Assembly (NCBI RefSeq): GCF_001194135.2
Contig: NC_068992.1
Location: 55,406,070 to 55,446,528, forward strand
Source of the DNA: Octopus bimaculoides
Taxonomy: Eukaryota
Length of the DNA: 40,459 bases
Direction of reading: 5' to 3'
The position numbers were made by a program, and so were the translations under genes. Positions 34,311 through 40,459 of this stretch are shown here, piece after piece. Under the pieces are notes generated by a model that was given only the letters and a program-made list of their open reading frames with translations, ran no database searches and was not told the DNA's origin. Positions within the stretch are counted from its first letter, which is position 1; the number at the start of each line of letters is the position of its first letter.

Positions 34311-34368
34311 TAATTTAGATATATAATAATAATTTAGATATATAATAAATAATCTAGGTATATCATAA
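34311..34368. repeat. ~19-20-bp AT-rich minisatellite, 3 copies
   Basis: TAATTTAGATATATAATAA / TAATTTAGATATATAATAAA / TAATCTAGGTATATCATAA. Confidence 0.75.
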
Positions 34369-34463
34369 AGGGTCTATGTATACCTTTTTTGATTATATAT
34401 ATCTGAATTAAATTCCTTGTTCAGTCCCGCCAAACGATTTGCCGCTTCATTTCTGGTTAATCT

Positions 34464-34464
<1 letters not shown>

Positions 34465-34518
<54 letters not shown>
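34465..34518. repeat. (GATA)n microsatellite
   Basis: Direct inspection. Confidence 0.97.
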
Positions 34519-34519
<1 letters not shown>

Positions 34520-34711
34520 AATTGGGAGTAGCTAGTAAATCATTCATATATACTAAATCATTTAATAAAGTCAGATCATACTGGCAATGCGAAATATTGA
34601 GTCAACGTGTTAAAGACGTTTCTCAAGACATCTGCCTCTATGTATGCGCGTGTATGTGTGAATGTGTGTGTATACAACATAATTTAATCAATTTAATGTA
34701 TGATCATATAA

Positions 34712-34742
<31 letters not shown>

Positions 34743-35271
34743 TACACATGTATATGTATGCACAAATGCATTTGTTAGAGTGAGTGTGTATATTAGTATA
34801 AGATTAGATAATACAAAAGGAAATGAATATTGCAAAAAGAGGTAAATTTAATTAGCAGAAACATAAGAAAAAATTGTTTTCATTACTCCAACATAATAGG
34901 AATTCTATGGTTTTATGTTCGAAAAGATAATTATTAGTGAAGGTATATATCTACTCTATGTATACATGCATTCATTGTATCCTTTGCATTCATACACTGG
35001 ATCAATTGTAAACCGAATCAGCTTGAAGTAATTCGCACACTGTTAGCTGTAAATTAAAACAGATATGTCACTTAGCTGTGAAATTGGGAACAGCTAATGA
35101 GGAAACGCATTTACAAAAGTATGAAATAGTTATAAACTTGCTTTTACATTAATTACTTCTGATAGCAAACCTATGTAATGTGTAATATTAGAAAAATGGA
35201 ATTATTTATCTACTGTATGATGCAATGCGAATCCATAATCATGTATATTATTCGCTAACTTAAGGGCGACG

Positions 35272-35405
35272 CAGGACAGAATCAATAAAGCAGTTGGCAA
35301 AATACCTTTACTCTATTTCGTCACGTATATTTCTTTACATTCCGTGTTCAAATCACACCGAATTCAATGCTCATTTTCATCCTTACAGAGTCGGGAGAAT
35401 TTAAT
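35272..35405 (+). mobile_element. Diverged SINE family A 5' part
   Basis: AAGGGCGACGCAGGACAGAATC..GGCAAAATACCT..TATTTCGTC..GTGTTCAAATCACACCG..TTTTCATCCTT. Confidence 0.55.
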
Positions 35406-35469
35406 ACATGTCGAATATTATCCATAGGGTTTCTTGCGTAATTTTCCTAGTTTACTAGTTCTGGTTACA

Positions 35470-35582
35470 TTTTGCAGCCGTGCTTGGGACCGTCGTTGGT
35501 GGAGGCGCCCACAGCAGCGTTTTGATTGAAAGGTCTGTCTCTCCACTCCGGGTAACAAGCTAGGAATTTAAAGAAAGTGAAG

Positions 35583-35612
<30 letters not shown>
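35470..35612 (+). mobile_element. Probable 3' end of an RTE-clade LINE with (GAA)n tail
   Basis: The frame SRAWDRRWWRRPQQRFD* resembles the AxDRxxWR motif ending RTE ORFs. A ~50-bp 3'UTR and then (GAA)n (35579-35612) follow; short tandem tails are typical of RTE elements. Confidence 0.5.
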
Positions 35613-35613
<1 letters not shown>

Positions 35614-35745
35614 TCAGCCGAGGTTGGCTTTCACTTTTATAATTTCGAGGTCAATAAAATACGTACCAGTTGCATACTGTGGTCGATGTAATAGACTTAG
35701 CCACTCCTTCAACATTGCTGGCCTACTGCCAAAACTTGAAAACTT
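35613..35745 (+). mobile_element. SINE family A 3' part
   Basis: GCCGAGGTTGGCTTTCACTTTT..GGTCAATAAAATACGTACCAGTTGCATACTGTGGTCGATGTAATAGACTT..TTGCTGGCCTACTGCCAAAACTTGAAA. Confidence 0.8.
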
Positions 35746-35800
35746 TGTTATTTTCTCTACATTATAGTTTAGATTATTAGTTATACAATCAACTTTACAT

Positions 35801-35847
<47 letters not shown>

Positions 35848-36060
35848 TAGGTGTATAGGCATATGCGAGTGCACACATACATGCACGTGCATATACATAT
35901 GTGTGTGGTTGTGTATATGTACATGCATCTATATGCATGGATATACATACGTCTGAATTTGTGTATATATATTATGTGTATGTATGTACCATGTATATTC
36001 AGCTCTAAAGTTTCAAATAGAAGAAAAAGAATTGTGTGTGTGTGTGTGTGNNNNNNNNNN

Positions 36061-36277
36061 CATAACTTTCTCTCACTCTTTCTTCTTGTTTCTGTTGTAC
36101 CTGTATTTCAAAGGACCAGCCTTGTCGCAATCTGTGTCACGCTGAATCTCCCCGAGAACTACGTTAAGGGTAGACGTGTCTGTCGAGTACTAAGCCACTT
36201 GCACGTTAATTTCACGAACAGTCTGTTCTGTTGACCGAATCAACTGGAACCCGCGTCGAGTGCCACGGAGTGCCACG
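36061..36277 (+). mobile_element. SINE family C 3' part (5' end lost in gap)
   Basis: Aligns to the reverse complement of 10591-10810 (AACTTTCTCTCACTCTTTC..CAGCCTTGTC..CACGCTGAAT..GCCACTTGCACGTTAATTT..GGAGTGCCA). Confidence 0.9.
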
Positions 36278-37191
36278 AAAATATATATGTATTAATTTCC
36301 ATGTCTCTCTCTTCTCCCATCAAACCTGTACACACACCACACCAACATCAAAAACACACATACCTATATCACGTCGTTTAAACTGTGGTTTTGCCTATTT
36401 TCTTTATTTCTTAACTTCAGGACTTACACAAGAAATAATTGTATCGGTTACTACACATGTCAATTTTGTCTAACAACACGAAAGTGGGCGTGTATGCACA
36501 TTCTACTTTTATTACTTCTAGCCTGAGGTTTGCAGCATATGTATATATAATACGCACACACACACACACACACACACAGGCACATATATACATATATATG
36601 TCGCATTCTGTCTGTCTGTTTCTCTGGCTCTCTCTGGATATATATATATATATATATATATANNNNNNNNNNNNNNNNNNNNNNNNNNNNNNNNNNNNNN
36701 NNNNNNNNNNNNNNNNNNNNNNNNNNNNNNNNNNNNNNNNNNNNNNNNNNNNNNNNNNNNNNNNNNNNNNNNNNNNNNNNNNNNNNNNNNNNNNNNNNNN
36801 NNNNNNNNNNNNNNNNNNNNNNNNNNNNNNNNNNNNNNNNNNNNNNNNNNNNNNNNNNNNNNNNNNNNNNNNNNNNNNNNNNNNNNNNNNNNNNNNNNNN
36901 NNNNNNNNNNNNNNNNNNNNNNNNNNNNNNNNNNNNNNNNNNNNNNNNNNNNNNNNNNNNNNNNNNNNNNNNNNNNNNNNNNNNNNNNNNNNNNNNNNNN
37001 NNNNNNNNNNNNNNNNNNNNNNNNNNNNNNNNNNNNNNNNNNNNNNNNNNNNNNNNNNNNNNNNNNNNNNNNNNNNNNNNNNNNNNNNNTATATATATAT
37101 ATATATATATATATCTATATAAGGGCATTACGATACAATAACGCCTCACGCCATGAGGGACTCTCTAAGGTCAGACTACTATAAAAAACAC

Positions 37192-37250
<59 letters not shown>

Positions 37251-37797
37251 GTGAGTGAGTGAGACACATACACACGAAATATATTTAATATAAATGCATA
37301 ATATAGCTCTGTGTGTGTGTGTGTGTGTGTGTTAATGTATGAATGTGGATATTTGTATGCATAGCTTGTGACTATATATATTATAACTGTTCATGCGTCT
37401 TTCATTATTCGTATATGCGCCTAGAAAGTTATATCTGTGCACCTGTAGTTGTTGTATTTAATATCAACGCAATACCTGCAAGATTCCGGTTGTATGTAAA
37501 GAAAAACAGTAAAAAGGCGGTACATGGGATCTCATTTTCTCCCTCGTTTCTCTCTCTCTATCTCTCTCTCTCTCTCTCTCACCCTTTCTTTTTCTTTTTC
37601 TTTTTGCTAATCTTTTTTTCGGTCAGCAGATATAAAGTAGCTATCTGTTACTGGGCCTTCGTAAAAGTTAGAAAGGCGGATGCAAAGCATTAACGTAAGG
37701 GAAGCCTGTCGGGTATGCTTACAACAGAGTGAGTTATCTAAAGACACCCGGCACCCAAAGTGTTAGGAGGCAGTGTTAATATGACTACTCTCCAAGT

Positions 37798-37880
37798 AGG
37801 CCATAGCGGAATTTGAACTCAGAAGTCAACGAGTCAGAACGAATACAGCAAGGCATCCAGCCTGTTGCTCTTACAGTTCC
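37798..37880 (-). mobile_element. Diverged SINE family A head
   Basis: GCGGAATTTGAACTCAGAAG..GAATACAGCAAGGCATCCAGCCTG is the reverse complement of the B-box region. Confidence 0.55.
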
Positions 37881-39215
37881 AATAATTCAGTCCTGAACTG
37901 CTTAATGTGTGTGTGTGTGTGTGTGTGTGTGTGTNNNNNNNNNNNNNNNNNNNNNNNNNNNNNNNNNNNNNNNNNNNNNNNNNNNNNNNNNNNNNNNNNN
38001 NNNNNNNNNNNNNNNNNNNNNNNNNNNNNNNNNNNNNNNNNNNNNNNNNNNNNNNNNNNNNNNNNNNNNNNNNNNNNNNNNNNNNNNNNNNNNNNNNNNN
38101 NNNNNNNNNNNNNNNNNNNNNNNNNNNNNNNNNNNNNNNNNNNNNNNNNNNNNNNNNNNNNNNNNNNNNNNNNNNNNNNNNNNNNNNNNNNNNNNNNNNN
38201 NNNNNNNNNNNNNNNNNNNNNNNNNNNNNNNNNNNNNNNNNNNNNNNNNNNNNNNNNNNNNNNNNNNNNNNNNNNNNNNNNNNNNNNNNNNNNNNNNNNN
38301 NNNNNNNNNNNNNNNNNNNNNNNNNNNNNNNNNNNNNNNNNNNNNNNNNNNNNNNNNNNNNNNAGAGAGAGAGAGAGATACTGCATATACTAGTGCACAC
38401 ATGTGCGTTCAAGGCTATGTAGGTATACCTATTTCGATACGTTGAGGGATTTTTATATGTGTGGTGTAGATTCGTGTGTGCATATGTTTACTAACCAGCA
38501 CTTGCGAGGATGAGAGCTAATCAGCAGCCTAACAACCTACAAGAATGATACACCATAAATGTATCACGCTGGGATCTCTGAAACCTGATAGTTTTAGCTA
38601 CACATAGACACAAGGGCAACATAGGCACGCTGTTCTTTATCAATTACGGTAAGTTAATTTTTCTTTCTCTAGAAAGTATAAAAGTTAATTCTTCGAAGTA
38701 ATTTAACACACGTAACTGCAATAGTTGATACTATATAATTATTAACAGTTCAGTATGAATACTAAAGATTACTAATGAGAGTTACGCAATCACTGAAGAT
38801 TTGAGAATGCAAGCAGCTTGTAAGTTTCACCTTCTATAATAGATATTTTTTATTGTTAATGAAACGCGAGTAAGACGACGTAACTAAATATCCAATTTGT
38901 TTTGATTTCTATATATATATATATATATTTGTTAAGAGATAGCGATAGAGAGAGAGAGGGGGGCGGACAAACTCTCAGACAGACAGATATATAGATCGAC
39001 TCTACACAGCTTGTTGACTACTAAATCAGATAATGTTTGCGCTCTATATAGTATAGTTTTATGTAGATTCTCTGAATATCAAGCTGTTGGTTTTATCGAT
39101 TATTCATGTTTCATCCATTTACTTCTTTCCCGGAAACGTTGCAGTTACTCTCTCCCTCTCTGTCTTTCTCTATTTCTATCTCTCACCCTCTCTTTCTCGT
39201 TCTCTCTCTGTCTCT

Positions 39216-39247
<32 letters not shown>

Positions 39248-39326
39248 CCGCACTTTAACTTTCAGTATCCTTCTTTTAGTTTTCTCTCGTCATCTTGAAC
39301 CAAGCTCTCCAAATATACGTAATACC

Positions 39327-39335
<9 letters not shown>

Positions 39336-39396
<61 letters not shown>

Positions 39397-39421
39397 CGTG
39401 TGTGTGTGTGTGTGTGTGTGT
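39336..39421. repeat. (GT)n microsatellite
   Basis: Direct inspection. Confidence 0.97.
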
Positions 39422-40122
39422 ACTCTTTCGTTCACTTCGTCAATCCCATTTCTTTATCATGTGAAAGGCTAATTACCTCATTTATGTCTCTTCTTACAAG
39501 TATAGCATTATTTTCAACACCAATCACCATCAATTTTTCACTGTTTTATTATCTTATATACAACACTAAGGAATCCTCCTTGGTTATTAGTAAAGTTTGC
39601 GGGCATACTTGAACATTAAGATGTGACTTATTTATCTTGCCAATTAATTCCTTTCTTCGCTCTTTCTAAATATAAACGAAACGGAAATCAAACAGATGTA
39701 TTAAACAAAAAATACACGTGAAAGAAAATAGAACTGAAAGAATCTTACCTTTTCAAATATATTTCTTTTGAATCTTGACTTCATATTTTTCGACGTTGCC
39801 ATATCTTAACGAGTTTAAACTTTGCTATATTGCGATGCTTAGTAGCGTTAATTCTACAGAATAGTAATATAACCAAGCGTCTTGGCTACAGATCAAATGT
39901 AACATCAGTCAGTCGCAAGATACAAGCATCTGATCCTTCAATGTTTGGCCCATATCCTTTCGAACGGCTTTCCATATCCACGAACGTGTTAATCACATAA
40001 TCAGTTATAATACAAGTATAGAATATACACGTAGAGAAGCAGAAACGTTAAACAAAAGACAAGCATTTAAAATATTCATTTGTTTGCAACACTCTTTCTT
40101 CTTGGCAATGAGTTTAAGAAGT

Positions 40123-40267
40123 AGCATGTGGCTGTGTAGTAAGAAGTTTGTTTCGCAACCACATGGTCCATGGTTCGATCCCACTACACGGCTTCTTGGG
40201 TAAGTGTCTTCAACTATAGCCACGAGCTGACCAAAGCCTTGTGAGTGACTTGATAGACGGCAACTGA
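40123..40267 (+). mobile_element. SINE family B 5' half
   Basis: ATGTGGCTGTGTAGTAAGAAG..CAACCACATGG..GGTTCGATCCCAC (B box)..CTTGGGTAAGTGTCTTC..GACCAAAGCCTTGTGAGTG..TAGACGGCAACTGA. Confidence 0.9.
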
Positions 40268-40277
40268 CACATGCATG

Positions 40278-40374
40278 TTGTAGCCATTTTAACATGGCTG
40301 TCCGTTGGACTCTTGGGGTTAAAAAATCGCGGTAGAGTCCGCTCGAACGGACAGCCATGTTAAAATGGGTACAA
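40278..40374. repeat. 97-bp near-perfect inverted repeat (mini-MITE or internally deleted DNA transposon)
   Basis: 40278-40306 TTGTAGCCATTTTAACATGGCTGTCCGTT pairs with 40346-40374 (28/29). An inner stem GGACTCT/AGAGTCC closes a 20-nt loop. Confidence 0.9.
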
Positions 40375-40459
40375 ATATTACTTGTCAGTACAACTGCTGC
40401 GTTGATCTCTTTGAGAGATTTTAGAACTAGCATTTTTGCTTATATATATATATATATAT

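Noticed and set aside
35478-35532. + strand exon candidate AVLGTVVGGGAHSSVLIER
   Set aside because: It is better explained in another frame as an RTE ORF end followed by a (GAA)n tail, and the donor is weak.
2703-39612. ORFs rich in CVCV, YIYI, HTHT, SLSL or X
   Set aside because: They are translations of microsatellites and of N gaps (6730-6889, 14541-14687, 15979-15988, 17338-17347, 18859-18983, 20572-21003, 23715-24009, 31251-31790, 36051-36060, 36663-37089, 37935-38363), not genes.

Overview
Eukaryotic, AT-rich, microsatellite-dense DNA from a gapped short-read-type assembly (11 N-runs, most flanked by microsatellites). The SINE families and overall texture point to a coleoid cephalopod, most likely Octopus; this is my recollection of those repeats, not a database result. 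I find no intact protein-coding gene, rRNA, true tRNA or CRISPR array. Almost all listed ORFs are microsatellite or N artefacts, or antisense frames of dead transposons. The window reads as intronic or intergenic DNA filled with TE fossils: two Tc1/mariner elements (one full length with TIRs and TA TSD), a mariner MITE, a decayed hAT-Charlie/Buster transposase, two large RTE LINE fragments plus a probable RTE 3' end, a CR1-group LINE fragment, and many copies of three tRNA-derived SINE families plus one unclassified short repeat. The most unusual structures are: a ~640-bp fold-back palindrome (12935-13571); an interstitial telomeric array with an ordered TCAGGG/TTAGGGG core (29246-29426); a polypyrimidine-TAG-CAG-GTAAGT site that looks like a recursive splice point or 3-nt microexon (30511-30540); a near-perfect 97-bp hairpin (40278-40374); and a three-layer RTE > mariner > SINE nest (6900-8790). 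I cannot demonstrate a new biological system from sequence alone; these are the best leads.
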